Of a stretch of 64,000 nt of DNA, positions 1 to 9,950 are shown one piece after another. The stretch is from Nanobdellota archaeon (GTDB lineage: Archaea > Nanobdellota > Nanobdellia > Pacearchaeales > GW2011-AR1). The translations under genes were made by a program, and so were the position numbers. Under the pieces are notes generated by a model, which was not told where the DNA came from, did no database searches, and saw only the letters and a program-made list of their open reading frames with translations. Position 1 is the stretch's first letter. Each line of letters opens with the position of its first letter. The DNA lies in the NCBI GenBank assembly GCA_038046245.1, contig JBBSWO010000001.1, forward strand, positions 12,761 through 76,760. The letters run 5' to 3'.

Positions 1-3000
1 CAATTATCTCCAGTACTTAAGCAAGTGACATTTAAAGTTACATTGAAAAATTTATTCTGGGAAGCATTAAGACTCAAAATCGGATATGTGTTATTAATCA
101 TAACAGAGGCAGGAGTATTGTTCACAGTCATGTTCCATGTGTGTTGGTCCTCTCCGAAAGAGTTTGACACATTGACTTTTATTGAATAGAATCCCTCTTG
201 ACTGAAATTTCCTACCCATACAAACTGAGTATTGTTGTCATAATTAGTTTGTTGAGTCCCGTTGACGAACCATTTTATGTAAACAGGAGTTGTGTTACTT
301 ATGACTATAGAGAATGTTTGGTTGTTAGGTTCAGCAATCGAAAATACATCTGTGCTTGGGACGTAAGCTTGTATGAATGGAGTAGATATTGTAAGCTGTA
401 TGAATCTTGACTGATACATGTCCACATTTGTGTAATTCACGGAATAACCTGTTTTGAAAGCTGTGACATTATGCGGAGTATGATTCGTTAGCAGAGAGCT
501 TGATTTATTAAAAGTCTGGATAAGTGTCCAGGCAGTTAAACCGTTTGCATCAGTGGTTATAGTATTTTCAGGACTTCCACTGCCAGTAGAATTCGTGATA
601 TTAACACTTGCAGAATTTAGACCGTTGGAACTTTGGTCAGTGATATTAGCCTTGAGATAATAATAATTATAAAAAGTTCCTGTTCCCTGAACAAAAGCAG
701 CAGATTGATTGTATGTCACATTGTAAAAACTTATGTTTGTAGCACCAGTAGCAATAACGGTTGCATTTTGGGCGTTTGTAATGGAATCGTTGAAGACTTG
801 TGAATTGCCGCTACCAGAAACAAAAGAATAACCCTGAGTTACGTTTGTGAAATTATTTCCAATTGCAGTTATCGTAGCTGCAGAATATACTGCAAAACTC
901 CCAGAACCTGTAATGTTGAATAAAGTATTATTCTTAAATGATTGAAGGTTAGTTGTTGAGGCTAATCTTACAGCCCCGCTTGCTGTCGCAGCAAGATGCT
1001 GAACTGTATTGTTCTCAATTTTTCCCCCAGTTATACTGCTAAATTGCACAGCGAACCCGCTTCCAGAGCCAATTATATTATAACCGACGGTGGGATAATT
1101 TGACGAAGTAGAAAAAATCAGATTATTCCCTGTGGCATTATAAATTTGGTTGTTTGTAACGTTTGCATACGGACTTGAGGCAAACTGGATGTTATTATTT
1201 GAGTTGTTAAAAATACTGTAAGTTATATAATTTAAATAAGAGGATTTAAAATATGCTGAAATGCCTGCTGATGGAAAGTTGAAGAATGAAAAATTGCTTT
1301 GAGTTATATTTGTGTAGTTGCTTGATGTTGAATTAATTCCATAATATCCAGTATTAAGACTTGTGTTCACAATTGTTGAATTGTGTGAAAAGTCCATCTG
1401 AATTTCTTCACCAAGACTTATTCTATTATTGACCAAACACCCATCAAAAGAATCGAAAAATCCCTGAGACTCCCCAGTGACGTTAGAGATTATAGTGCTG
1501 TTTATTTTTGTGAAATTAGAGTTAGCTATCCAGATTGCTCTGCTATAGGAGTTATTATAACACGAAGTCACTGAAGTTGAATTTGCAAAAACCAATGTTA
1601 TGTTAACTCCATCGATTAAAGAATTGTTTGAGTAATTCCCGATGCTTATTGCAATAGCATTGACATCGCCGGTAGTTCTGTCAGTCAAATTGTAAAATGT
1701 TGTGTTTGAAATATTTGAGTTGGTTGTATTATAATAAGATATTCCATGTGTCCAGTTTGTAAAATAACAATTTTTAACCGTAACATTTGTCAGATTTTGT
1801 GCCAGAACAGCCCAGTCTTCAACATTGTTATATCTTGAGATTTTATATCCATTGCAGTCCAGATAAATATTGCTTGCAGTGAAGTTATACCAATCACAGG
1901 TATCATTTGATTGTATTGTGCTGGTTGAAATGTTTGTTGAAGCGCAGGCATCATTGTAGACTGTAAAATTGTTGCTTGCCCAGGCAGAGTTAGAATCATT
2001 ATCATAGGCTGAACAGCTCCATAAAAAAGTTCCTTCAGGAAGGGCGACGCTAAAGTTCGTATTGTTGGATGTCCCAGAAACATTGTTTGTCTGGTTAATC
2101 GCCCAACTTCCACTCCAATTTCCATAAAGACTTATATTTTGGAGCCCAATATCATCAGTCGCATTGCAATTAAAAGTGATTCCGTTAAGAACTCTTGAAT
2201 TGTTTGAAGGAGAAACCACTGAGACGGTTGGAGGTCTGGAAGTAAGAATTATTGTGGAGTTTATAGCAAGCGTTCCGTCGGCTCTAGCGTTGTTTGGAGT
2301 TACCTGGCAAGTCCAGTTTTCACCAGCATTAGTTTCTGTGTAAATAATGCTTGAGTTGGTATAATTATTTGCACCTTCCAAATAAAGTTGGTTTACTTGT
2401 TCAGGGCTCAAGGATCTGTTCCATACTCTTAAGTTATCTATATTTCCAACAAACGGATTTTCAGCATCAGTCATCATTCCAATAGAAAAATTATTGTTCA
2501 AATCTAAAAATGGACCACTTGTCACGACACTGTCTGTAGCATTTAGAGCACCGTTTATATACAGCTTGTAATTGCTTCCGCTAGTCATCACAGCAGCAAC
2601 GTGATACCATTGATTTGCAGAAATTGTACTTGAAACCACATTGTTTGATGCTTCATTAAAAGAGTTTATAGTATTTCCATTTACGTAAAGCAAGAAATTT
2701 CCGTTCACAACACTTCCTCCAGCATAATTGTCAAAGATATAATAAGTTCCGGAAGTGATATCAGGCCTTATCCAAACATCGACGCTGAAATTAAAAGTAT
2801 TGTTCAAAGTTCCAGATTTAGTTACATTAATTGTGTCATTTATTCCATCAAAAGTATATGCCCCCCCGATTTTCCCTGAAGAATTCCACACTGGCGCAGA
2901 TGAAGAGCCATTCCCCCCACCCAAAGTTCCATGGTTTTCAAAACCACTGTAGTCTTTAATTCCATTATTAGAAACGTTTGAAGTATTGGTATCAAATGGT

Positions 3001-6000
3001 AAGTAAAGCAAAGTTGCCGAAAGACTCGTTGCATTTGTAACATTGACAAGCCAGTTGTAGACATTTGTAACAGCACGTCCACCAACATCAACCGTGCTTT
3101 GGTTTACACAAGTCATATTATCTGCATTATAAACTGAAGTAGGAACAATTATAGGAGTTGATTGTGTTGGGGCATTTGGTAATATTATTGTAGAGTTTAT
3201 TGCAAGAGCTCCATCATTTTGAGCATCATTTGGAATTACCTGGCAAGTCCAATTCTCTCCAGAATTAAGTTCTGTGTAAATAATGCTTGAGTTGGTATAA
3301 TTATTTGCTCCTTCCAAATAAAGTTGGTTCACTTGTTCGGGGCTTAAGGATCTGTTCCATACTCTTAGATTATCAATGTCCCCACTAAATGGATTTGCCC
3401 CATTAGTCATGTCACCTATAGAAAAATTACCCCCCGAGTCCAAAAATGGCCCGCTGCCAACACTAGAATCTGTTTTGTTTAAAGCCCCATTGATATAAAG
3501 CTTGTAATTGCTTCCGCTAGTCATCACAACAGCAACGTGATACCATTGATTTGCAACTATTGTATCTGAAACAACGTTAGCAGCTAATTCATTGAAAGAA
3601 TTTATTGTGTTTGAGTTTATGTAAAGCAAAAAGTTTCCATCTCCAACAGCTCCACCAGGATAATTGTCAAAGATGTAATAAGTTCCTGATGTAATATTGG
3701 GCCTTACCCAAACATCAACACTAAAATTATAGGTGGCATTTAATGTTCCAGACTTAGATATGTTGATAAAATTACCAACACCATTAAAAGTATATGCTCC
3801 CCCAATTTTCCCACTTGAGTTCCATGTTGAAGCGTTAGCTGAATTTCCTCCACCCAAAGTCCCGTTATTTCCAAAACCGCTATAATCTCTGATTGCATTG
3901 TTTGAAGTGTTTGCAGAATTTATGTCAAATGGATAATAAAGCAAGGTTGTTGAGACACTTGTGCCAGTAGTATTAACAAGCCAGTTGTAGACATTTGTAA
4001 CAGCATCACCATCAGCATCGGTCGTGCTCTGGTTTACGCAAGTTATATTATCAACATTATAAGCGGTAGTAGGAACAATTATTGGAGTTGACTGCGTTGG
4101 AGGATTGTTAGTTGATGAATTTGTATAATTAACCTGAACTTCCATTCTGTCTGTGAAAACAGTATAATATTTTCTAGTAGTTGGAGTAAGATTATTAATT
4201 CCCCTAGAATTAGCAGTGTCATTAAGATATTCTATTTCTGGTTTTTCTCCAACATCGGCCAACAGTTCTGAACCTTCAAATTCTGCAACCAAAAGCCAAA
4301 CATATCCCGTACTGTTGATTATATCAGAAAATCCGGAAGAAATTTGAGCCGTCAGATTTTTTTGAGTAGCTGAAGAAGTGCAAGCATTATTTTCACAGCT
4401 AGTGTTTCTGCTGCTACCCCATGAACCAGAAGTGAAATTGTAAACATAGAGGTATAGGTCATTCTGAGAAGCAAGTTCAAATCCTTTCGTGTTATATCCT
4501 TCCCAAGTAAAGTTTATTGAATTAATACTAGAAACACTCTCAGTTATCTTAAAAACAGCCTTGTGAATGTTATACCAGTTAACTCCCGCATCACTTCCAC
4601 TTGTAGAATGATACTTATCATCGCTAATGTTAAGATTAAAAAGGTTAGTGGAATTGAGCACTGTTGGTCCACTAACCCAAGGATCAGTTGGAGGATTAGA
4701 ACCATCGCTTCCATTATAAGCTTTATTGTTTGTAGTGTCACTAAAATTGTAATAATGTATTGCCGTATCCAAAAGCTGGAAAGTTTGGTTCTGGGTCACA
4801 TTAGATTGATTTGCAAAATAGTTATATGGCTCCATGGTTTTATTGTTTATAACAGCGTTATAAATGTCTAGCCTTGAAATATTAATCTGGGTTGATGAAT
4901 TAAGGTCGTAGAATATGGGCGTTCCAGTACTTCTTAGCCGGTACTTTAAATCAGAGGGAGACAAGGATTCATTTTGTAAAACAATGGAAGCCCCAGCAGC
5001 AACCATTGGTGCGCTTATCGAAGTTCCAGACTTTAATGCAGAACCTCCTCCTAGAACAGGGACATTTATACTAACACCAGGAGCAAAAACATCAACTTTT
5101 TCTCCACCACTTGAGAACACAGCAATTTCGTCCTGTTTTGTCGTTGATCCAACTCTTGTAACATTTGAAGCACAAGCAGGAGTTTTTAGAGAAAGGTTCC
5201 CATCATTACCGGTCGCAGCCACGACAAACATTCTTTTAGAGACTGCATTGTTTGCAAGTTCTGCAACAAGATCAGCGTCACAAAATCCGTCATAGCTCCC
5301 AGCACCAATACTAAACGAAATCACATTCACATTCTGGTCAATGCACCATTGCAGCCCTTGAAGAACTGTACTTTCATAGCCTGTCCCGTTGGCATAAATA
5401 ACTTTTGCAATATAAAGTTCAGAGCCGGGAGCAATTCTAGAAACAACTCCTGCAACGCTTGTTCCGTGCCCATTATCGTCCATAGGGTCAGAATCATTGT
5501 TAGCGAAATCAAAACCAGCAATATAGTTGGTTATATCAGAATTATTATAATCAACGCCTGTATCAATTACACAAACTTTTTCTCCGCTACCATTCAGGCT
5601 AAAATTATTTTTTACCTCCGTCGATCTAATGATTTGTTCAGAATCGTTTAACAGCAAAGAAACTGGCTGGTCTTCCATCACACTTTCAATATTAGGATCA
5701 TTCTTAAGAGAGGCGACGTTGTCTTCGTTAACTGAAATGACCTCAAGATTATTTTTTTCTGTTTTTATTGTTTTTTCCGACTCACCAAAATTACCAATGT
5801 CCACTTTTGTTTTTTTGTCTTTTAATTTTACAATAAGTCTAATCTCTCTTCCACCTGTTTTGAGCAGATAAGTCTGTAAATAACCCAAATTCGGCACAAC
5901 CCATTCAACCCTATCAATCAAATTATTATTGTTAGAATCAATGAAAGAAAGATTAACTTCTGTTTGATTTCCGTCTGTAATGGAATAAAGCCTAATTTTT

Positions 6001-7361
6001 GATTTGATAGTTTCATTTTCTAACTCGGTGAAAGCCAAGACATTCTTGTAATCGACTCCTTCTGGGCCTATAATTGAAATTTGCTTGCTTACATTAGTAA
6101 CATTGGTTTCCTGAGCATAAGGAGCACCAGTATAATATTCAACAATCAGTTCGTCTTGATTTTGCACAGAAGAAGAAATTTCAACACTCACATTTTGAGT
6201 GTCTCCCTCATTAACAACATTTCCCGTAAATCTTATGATCCCCAAAATGAAATTAAAGGCCGTAGTAAAGAAATTTCCTTGAGAAGTCTTTTCCCCATTT
6301 GGTGAAACTTCTTGAATAGTTTTTTCATTGTTTACAATCACATCAACTTTTTCCTCACCAGCATCTGAAATCTTTTTGACAGAAACATTTCCAGCAGCAT
6401 CTGGAAGGTCAACCCTTAGGTTTGAAACAGAATCGTTCCCCTCAACAAAGACTTTTACTTTCTTTTCCCATTTTACAGGTTTTCCAAGAACAGCGCCATA
6501 TTGTTTTACAGAAGTTTCCAGGGTCACGTTAGATGTTGCATTCTTGATTGTTTCATTAACGATAGTTTCATTCGTGATATTTGTTCCAGTTACATTAGCA
6601 ATACTAAAATTATTAAGGGATTCATTCCCAATCGTTGTTCCATTTGTAACGTTAGAGATGCCTGCTCCAGATGTTCCACCATTTGGATTTTCTATTGTTA
6701 TATTTTCCGGAGCAGTAGTATTTGTTTCGTTAAACTCTGTTGTTTGATTTGTTGCAGAATTATTTGATTCTATGGTGGGTATTACATCAGTATTATTTGC
6801 TTCGGGAGTTTGTGTTGTGTTTTCGCTAATAGAAGAACTTGAAGTTTCATTGTTTGTTTGCTCAGAGGTAGTTGTTTCAGAAGCTGTAGTTTCTGTTGGA
6901 GGAGCTTCAGCAGTAGTTGTCTCTGTAGGAGAAGCTTCAGACGTTGTTGTAGCCTCAGTTGGTGTTGAACCAGAGCCAGTGTCTGAAGTTCCAGAACTTG
7001 TTTCACTTGGGGTTGTAGGAGTTGTTGTGTCAGGAGTTGAACCTTCTGTTGTGAATCCTGTAAAGAAAGAGTAAACCTTGCTCCCAACATTTTCAAAAAA
7101 ACTATTGCCAGTTTTCTGCTGTTTTTCGGAAAACTGATAGCTTAAAAAAGAAATTGAGAGAAAAATGATTATTATTGCTCCAAGCAAAATAAAAAGCATT
7201 GAATGTTTCTTGAATAAATTATTTTCAGAAGTTACAGCACGTGGTTCTTTGTAATTTTCAAGGTATTTTGTGTGAGTGTTTCCTTTTTCATCCCTATAGC
7301 TCTCATAATAATACGGTCCAAACTTCTTTCCATTCCTATGAATATATCTCTTAAAAACCAT
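1..7361 (-). CDS. Giant multidomain surface protein, C-terminus cut by the window edge: N-terminal cytoplasmic motif + TM anchor, Thr/Ser/Pro-rich stalk, subtilisin-like (S8) peptidase domain, 2x LamG/concanavalin-like modules, parallel beta-helix repeats
   Basis: Absent from the ORF track because it has no stop inside the window. ATG at 7361-7359 reads MVFKRYIHRNGKKFGPYYYESYRDEKG..., followed by a hydrophobic segment (MLFILLGAIIIIFLSISFL). Hand translation stays in this one frame at 5585 (GEKVCVIDTGVD ... DDNGHGTSVAG ... SGTSISAPMVAAG, the Asp/His/Ser subtilase motifs). It is also in frame at 3419 (GDIDNLRVWNRSLSPEQVNQLYLEGANN) and at 200-3 (KVNVSNSFGEDQHTWNMTVNNTPASV). Other frames hold only short shadow ORFs. 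Paralogue of 24647..34522. Confidence 0.8.
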   Translation of the reverse strand, partial: MVFKRYIHRNGKKFGPYYYESYRDEKGNTHTKYLENYKEPRAVTSENNLFKKHSMLFILLGAIIIIFLSISFLSYQFSEKQQKTGNSFFENVGSKVYSFFTGFTTEGSTPDTTTPTTPSETSSGTSDTGSGSTPTEATTTSEASPTETTTAEAPPTETTASETTTSEQTNNETSSSSISENTTQTPEANNTDVIPTIESNNSATNQTTEFNETNTTAPENITIENPNGGTSGAGISNVTNGTTIGNESLNNFSIANVTGTNITNETIVNETIKNATSNVTLETSVKQYGAVLGKPVKWEKKVKVFVEGNDSVSNLRVDLPDAAGNVSVKKISDAGEEKVDVIVNNEKTIQEVSPNGEKTSQGNFFTTAFNFILGIIRFTGNVVNEGDTQNVSVEISSSVQNQDELIVEYYTGAPYAQETNVTNVSKQISIIGPEGVDYKNVLAFTELENETIKSKIRLYSITDGNQTEVNLSFIDSNNNNLIDRVEWVVPNLGYLQTYLLKTGGREIRLIVKLKDKKTKVDIGNFGESEKTIKTEKNNLEVISVNEDNVASLKNDPNIESVMEDQPVSLLLNDSEQIIRSTEVKNNFSLNGSGEKVCVIDTGVDYNNSDITNYIAGFDFANNDSDPMDDNGHGTSVAGVVSRIAPGSELYIAKVIYANGTGYESTVLQGLQWCIDQNVNVISFSIGAGSYDGFCDADLVAELANNAVSKRMFVVAATGNDGNLSLKTPACASNVTRVGSTTKQDEIAVFSSGGEKVDVFAPGVSINVPVLGGGSALKSGTSISAPMVAAGASIVLQNESLSPSDLKYRLRSTGTPIFYDLNSSTQINISRLDIYNAVINNKTMEPYNYFANQSNVTQNQTFQLLDTAIHYYNFSDTTNNKAYNGSDGSNPPTDPWVSGPTVLNSTNLFNLNISDDKYHSTSGSDAGVNWYNIHKAVFKITESVSSINSINFTWEGYNTKGFELASQNDLYLYVYNFTSGSWGSSRNTSCENNACTSSATQKNLTAQISSGFSDIINSTGYVWLLVAEFEGSELLADVGEKPEIEYLNDTANSRGINNLTPTTRKYYTVFTDRMEVQVNYTNSSTNNPPTQSTPIIVPTTAYNVDNITCVNQSTTDADGDAVTNVYNWLVNTTGTSVSTTLLYYPFDINSANTSNNAIRDYSGFGNNGTLGGGNSANASTWNSSGKIGGAYTFNGVGNFINISKSGTLNATYNFSVDVWVRPNITSGTYYIFDNYPGGAVGDGNFLLYINSNTINSFNELAANVVSDTIVANQWYHVAVVMTSGSNYKLYINGALNKTDSSVGSGPFLDSGGNFSIGDMTNGANPFSGDIDNLRVWNRSLSPEQVNQLYLEGANNYTNSSIIYTELNSGENWTCQVIPNDAQNDGALAINSTIILPNAPTQSTPIIVPTSVYNADNMTCVNQSTVDVGGRAVTNVYNWLVNVTNATSLSATLLYLPFDTNTSNVSNNGIKDYSGFENHGTLGGGNGSSSAPVWNSSGKIGGAYTFDGINDTINVTKSGTLNNTFNFSVDVWIRPDITSGTYYIFDNYAGGSVVNGNFLLYVNGNTINSFNEASNNVVSSTISANQWYHVAAVMTSGSNYKLYINGALNATDSVVTSGPFLDLNNNFSIGMMTDAENPFVGNIDNLRVWNRSLSPEQVNQLYLEGANNYTNSSIIYTETNAGENWTCQVTPNNARADGTLAINSTIILTSRPPTVSVVSPSNNSRVLNGITFNCNATDDIGLQNISLYGNWSGSWAINQTNNVSGTSNNTNFSVALPEGTFLWSCSAYDNDSNSAWASNNFTVYNDACASTNISTSTIQSNDTCDWYNFTASNIYLDCNGYKISRYNNVEDWAVLAQNLTNVTVKNCYFTNWTHGISYYNTTNSNISNTTFYNLTDRTTGDVNAIAISIGNYSNNSLIDGVNITLVFANSTSVTSCYNNSYSRAIWIANSNFTKINSTIISNVTGESQGFFDSFDGCLVNNRISLGEEIQMDFSHNSTIVNTSLNTGYYGINSTSSNYTNITQSNFSFFNFPSAGISAYFKSSYLNYITYSIFNNSNNNIQFASSPYANVTNNQIYNATGNNLIFSTSSNYPTVGYNIIGSGSGFAVQFSSITGGKIENNTVQHLAATASGAVRLASTTNLQSFKNNTLFNITGSGSFAVYSAATITAIGNNFTNVTQGYSFVSGSGNSQVFNDSITNAQNATVIATGATNISFYNVTYNQSAAFVQGTGTFYNYYYLKANITDQSSNGLNSASVNITNSTGSGSPENTITTDANGLTAWTLIQTFNKSSSLLTNHTPHNVTAFKTGYSVNYTNVDMYQSRFIQLTISTPFIQAYVPSTDVFSIAEPNNQTFSIVISNTTPVYIKWFVNGTQQTNYDNNTQFVWVGNFSQEGFYSIKVNVSNSFGEDQHTWNMTVNNTPASVMINNTYPILSLNASQNKFFNVTLNVTCLSTGDN
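2248..4115 (-). repeat. Tandem duplication (2 x ~935 bp) inside the first giant gene, each unit encoding one LamG-like module
   Basis: attattgtGgagtttatAgcaag... at 2248 recurs as attattgtAgagtttatTgcaag... at 3185. aggaacaatt at 3141 recurs at 4071. Long near-identical runs are shared, e.g. ctgtgtaaataatgcttgagttggtataattatttgc and ggatctgttccatactctta. Offset is 930-937 bp. Confidence 0.85.
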
Positions 7362-7364
7362 CCC

Positions 7365-7391
7365 TTTTTCCGTCCTCTTTTGACGGAAAAA
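7365..7391 (-). promoter_or_regulatory. Perfect 10-bp inverted repeat (tttttccgtc / gacggaaaaa, 7-nt loop) in the leader 4 nt upstream of the giant gene's ATG
   Basis: Read directly: 7365-7374 pairs with 7382-7391. It lies between the TATA-like box and the start codon, and its 3' arm overlaps the purine-rich stretch where an SD would sit. Confidence 0.4.
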
Positions 7392-7400
7392 TTATGTGCT

Positions 7401-7413
7401 GTAACTATTTAAA
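7401..7413 (-). promoter_or_regulatory. Putative archaeal TATA-box promoter of the first giant gene (TTTAAATAGTTAC on the coding strand)
   Basis: The same 13-mer occurs at 34567..34579, at the equivalent distance (~40-57 nt) upstream of the paralogous giant gene. Confidence 0.35.
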
Positions 7414-7458
7414 TATAATGGTGAAAAGGTTTAAATACAAAAATTTACCATTTTCTTT

Positions 7459-8169
7459 ATGAAAGAAGTATATTTTAAAGGGTTTAGGAGAATGGGAACA
7501 AATTCTCCCCTAGAGTCAATCATGTTTGATCCAGAAACCAAAAGCTTATCCACTTGTCAAACATTGAATGAGGCTCTAACTAGCAGAGTATTAAAAGCAA
7601 ACACGCTCCACCCAGTTTTACCAAAAAGACTGTCAGTCTCACTTCCAACAACAGAGTTTCCAGGAGCGTATAGGCCAGAGGGAATTTTATTTACGACAAC
7701 TCAAAAACCTTCTTACTGCACCCCATTTGATTTAATGGCATTAACAGATGGAGATAAATTTAATCATGAAGATTATGGATCAAATTTTCTAAAAGGATAT
7801 CAAGAATTCGTTTTTTCTAATTTTGATTCTATGTCTGCATCATTCCAGAATTCCAGTCAAGCAGTTAAGGCTCTTAATATTTTTAGAACGTTACAAGGGT
7901 TAACACCTCTTAAGGTAAATCTTGGTTACAATGAAATTTGTTTTGAAGAGGACATTAGATTCAAACCAATTGCTCTAGTCGGAGTTTCTCCAGAAATAAA
8001 AGAATTAAGTGCAAAACACAGACTGAAAAAGCATGGCACAGTTAATGCTTACCTCATTCACATAAATCATCCTGTAAGACATCCTATTAAAAATTTTAGA
8101 GAATTAGTTCATCTAAGCTTAGGTTCTATGTTTGACGGATATCAGGGCTTAGCTCAAGAAAGAGGATAA
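7459..8169 (+). CDS. Hypothetical protein (236 aa)
   Basis: ORF track. ATG start, divergent from the giant gene, no recognisable motif. Confidence 0.55.
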   Translation: MKEVYFKGFRRMGTNSPLESIMFDPETKSLSTCQTLNEALTSRVLKANTLHPVLPKRLSVSLPTTEFPGAYRPEGILFTTTQKPSYCTPFDLMALTDGDKFNHEDYGSNFLKGYQEFVFSNFDSMSASFQNSSQAVKALNIFRTLQGLTPLKVNLGYNEICFEEDIRFKPIALVGVSPEIKELSAKHRLKKHGTVNAYLIHINHPVRHPIKNFRELVHLSLGSMFDGYQGLAQERG

Positions 8170-8174
8170 ATTCT

Positions 8175-9356
8175 TCACTTCGCCACAATCTCCAAAGCAT
8201 CTCTATTTTTTAAAAGATATGTTTTGCCCAAAGCCCTTTTTGACCTTGCATCTATCGCTTTGACAAAGTTTTTTCCAAAGTCTGTATGTAAAAAATAAGC
8301 AAAGTCCAAAGCTGTGCTTCCTTCAGGCAATAAAAAACAATCGGGAAGAACATGCCCCTTTGAATCAGCAAGCTTTGAAGCGCTTGCAGGAAAGATTGCA
8401 ACACATTTTAATATGTCAAACACAGCCATATTAAGTATTTTCTGGACTCCCGTACTTCCAAACTCTTTCAAGACATTATCTTTTATTTTATGTAAAGCTT
8501 CTTTTTGTTTTTCGTTCAAATCTTTAATTATTTTGAAATCAGAATCTCCAGGAAGATATTCAATTAGTCCTGCCTTTGAAGCCTGCCTCAAAGCAACTTC
8601 AGAGTCAGCAGAGCAAGGAAGGATAATCATGCCCGGAAATTCTTTCTTTAATTTATTGTAGTTCTCAAGACCTTTTTCCATATCAACTTTGTTTGCAGCA
8701 AGAATCATTGGTTTGCTTAGATGTCTTAATTGTGAAACAAAAGCTTTCAAGTTCTCATCCCCCCATGAACTAGGTCTTTCAGGCAAATTTAATTTGATAA
8801 TTGCTCTTTTAACATCATCTTCCTTGACTTTTAATCCTGAAAACTGCTTTGCAACAGCCTCGGAAAACTTTATTTTCTCTTGCTCCGCTTTTCTGGAGAA
8901 AGTCTTCCAGACTTTTAAGAAAATATTATACCACCATGCGTTAAGCTCGTCTTCTAAAAACCTGACGTCATTGCAAGGATCATAGTTTTTAGTCGGCTTT
9001 CCTCCCTCATCTGTCTCTCCTGAAGCGTCAATTATATAAATAAAAACATCTGCCTGTCTCAAGTCATCTAAAAATTGGTTTCCAAGCCCTTTTCCTTCAG
9101 AAGCTCCAGGCACTAATCCTGCAACATCCATTAAATCTATAGGAACAAATCTCTGCCCTTTAATGCAATAACCATGATTAGGCTGGCACTGAGCCTTAAA
9201 CTCCTTGTCAATGCATTCAACTCTTACATAACCTACTCCATGATTTGGTTTTATAGTTGTAAAAGGATAAGAGGCAATCTCAATCTCTGCCAAAGTCGCT
9301 GCTTTGAAAAACGTGCTTTTCCCGACAGAAGGTTTTCCGACTAAACCGATTAACAT
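8175..9356 (-). CDS. Obg-family P-loop GTPase/ATPase, YchF/Ygr210-like, with C-terminal TGS-like domain
   Basis: N-terminus MLIGLVGKPSVGKSTFF (G1), FTTIKPN (G2), DVAGLV (G3), NKVD (G4). Length and C-terminal beta-grasp-like tail are typical of archaeal YchF-like proteins. Confidence 0.8.
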   Translation of the reverse strand: MLIGLVGKPSVGKSTFFKAATLAEIEIASYPFTTIKPNHGVGYVRVECIDKEFKAQCQPNHGYCIKGQRFVPIDLMDVAGLVPGASEGKGLGNQFLDDLRQADVFIYIIDASGETDEGGKPTKNYDPCNDVRFLEDELNAWWYNIFLKVWKTFSRKAEQEKIKFSEAVAKQFSGLKVKEDDVKRAIIKLNLPERPSSWGDENLKAFVSQLRHLSKPMILAANKVDMEKGLENYNKLKKEFPGMIILPCSADSEVALRQASKAGLIEYLPGDSDFKIIKDLNEKQKEALHKIKDNVLKEFGSTGVQKILNMAVFDILKCVAIFPASASKLADSKGHVLPDCFLLPEGSTALDFAYFLHTDFGKNFVKAIDARSKRALGKTYLLKNRDALEIVAK

Positions 9357-9428
9357 TAATATAGAGAAAAAAACAAGTTTAAATTAGTTTCGAACCGCTA
9401 ACTTTTTAAGTTAACCAAACATAATATT

Positions 9429-9950
9429 ATGGAAATGACAGTGCTTGAAAACATAGGTTATATTTTGGTAGGATTTATCGCAATAGTATCAATATTCTTA
9501 GTAATTTTGGCACTTATGGAAAAAAAGTTGAAAATAAGAGTTTTCCACGGGAAAAAAGCAAGAAACCAATTCTATATTGAAGAGATTGCAAAAATAAATA
9601 TAAACATGCCTGAAGAATCATTGAAGACATTAAGCAAGCAGGCAAAATCTTTTTTCAGAGAGGCGTTCCATTTGGGAGGAAGCCCTGATTATTCTTGGCT
9701 TCAGAACTACTTCGCAAAAAAGAACAACAAAAAAGCATTTGAGTTCTGCACAGAAATGATAAAATATTTTTACTCTGGCCAAAAAATAAACACCGAACTT
9801 CTGCAGAAACAAATCGCGCTTCTCGCAGAAATTATAAGCAGCAATAGGATTGTGACAAAAGAGGAGCAAAAAGAGTTAGATAAGCAAAGTCAGAAAAACA
9901 TACCAATAACACAAAGAAATTTCTTACTGAGAGCCTTGAAGAAGAAATAA
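9429..9950 (+). CDS. Hypothetical membrane protein (one N-terminal TM)
   Basis: ORF track. Hydrophobic IGYILVGFIAIVSIFLVILAL near the N-terminus. Confidence 0.55.
   Translation: MEMTVLENIGYILVGFIAIVSIFLVILALMEKKLKIRVFHGKKARNQFYIEEIAKININMPEESLKTLSKQAKSFFREAFHLGGSPDYSWLQNYFAKKNNKKAFEFCTEMIKYFYSGQKINTELLQKQIALLAEIISSNRIVTKEEQKELDKQSQKNIPITQRNFLLRALKKK

Noticed and set aside
198-7096. About 20 short ORFs in the track across the first 7 kb (e.g. 1790..2125, 4915..5295, 5349..5651, 6328..6747, 6772..7074, 6782..7096).
   Set aside because: All lie inside or antisense to the single long minus-strand frame that I verified at four points. Their products are low-complexity or odd in composition (e.g. 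the poly-L/Q 'MKMLGARFTLSLQDSQQKVQLL'). They are shadow ORFs of the giant gene.
8314-8985. Plus-strand ORFs 8314..8661 and 8689..8985 opposite the GTPase gene. Similar antisense ORFs occur opposite VWA, DUF58, MoxR, ThrRS, TrpRS, PpsA and others.
   Set aside because: Each is antisense to a gene with strong family motifs, and the genome is too compact for extensive overlapping genes. No motifs recognised.
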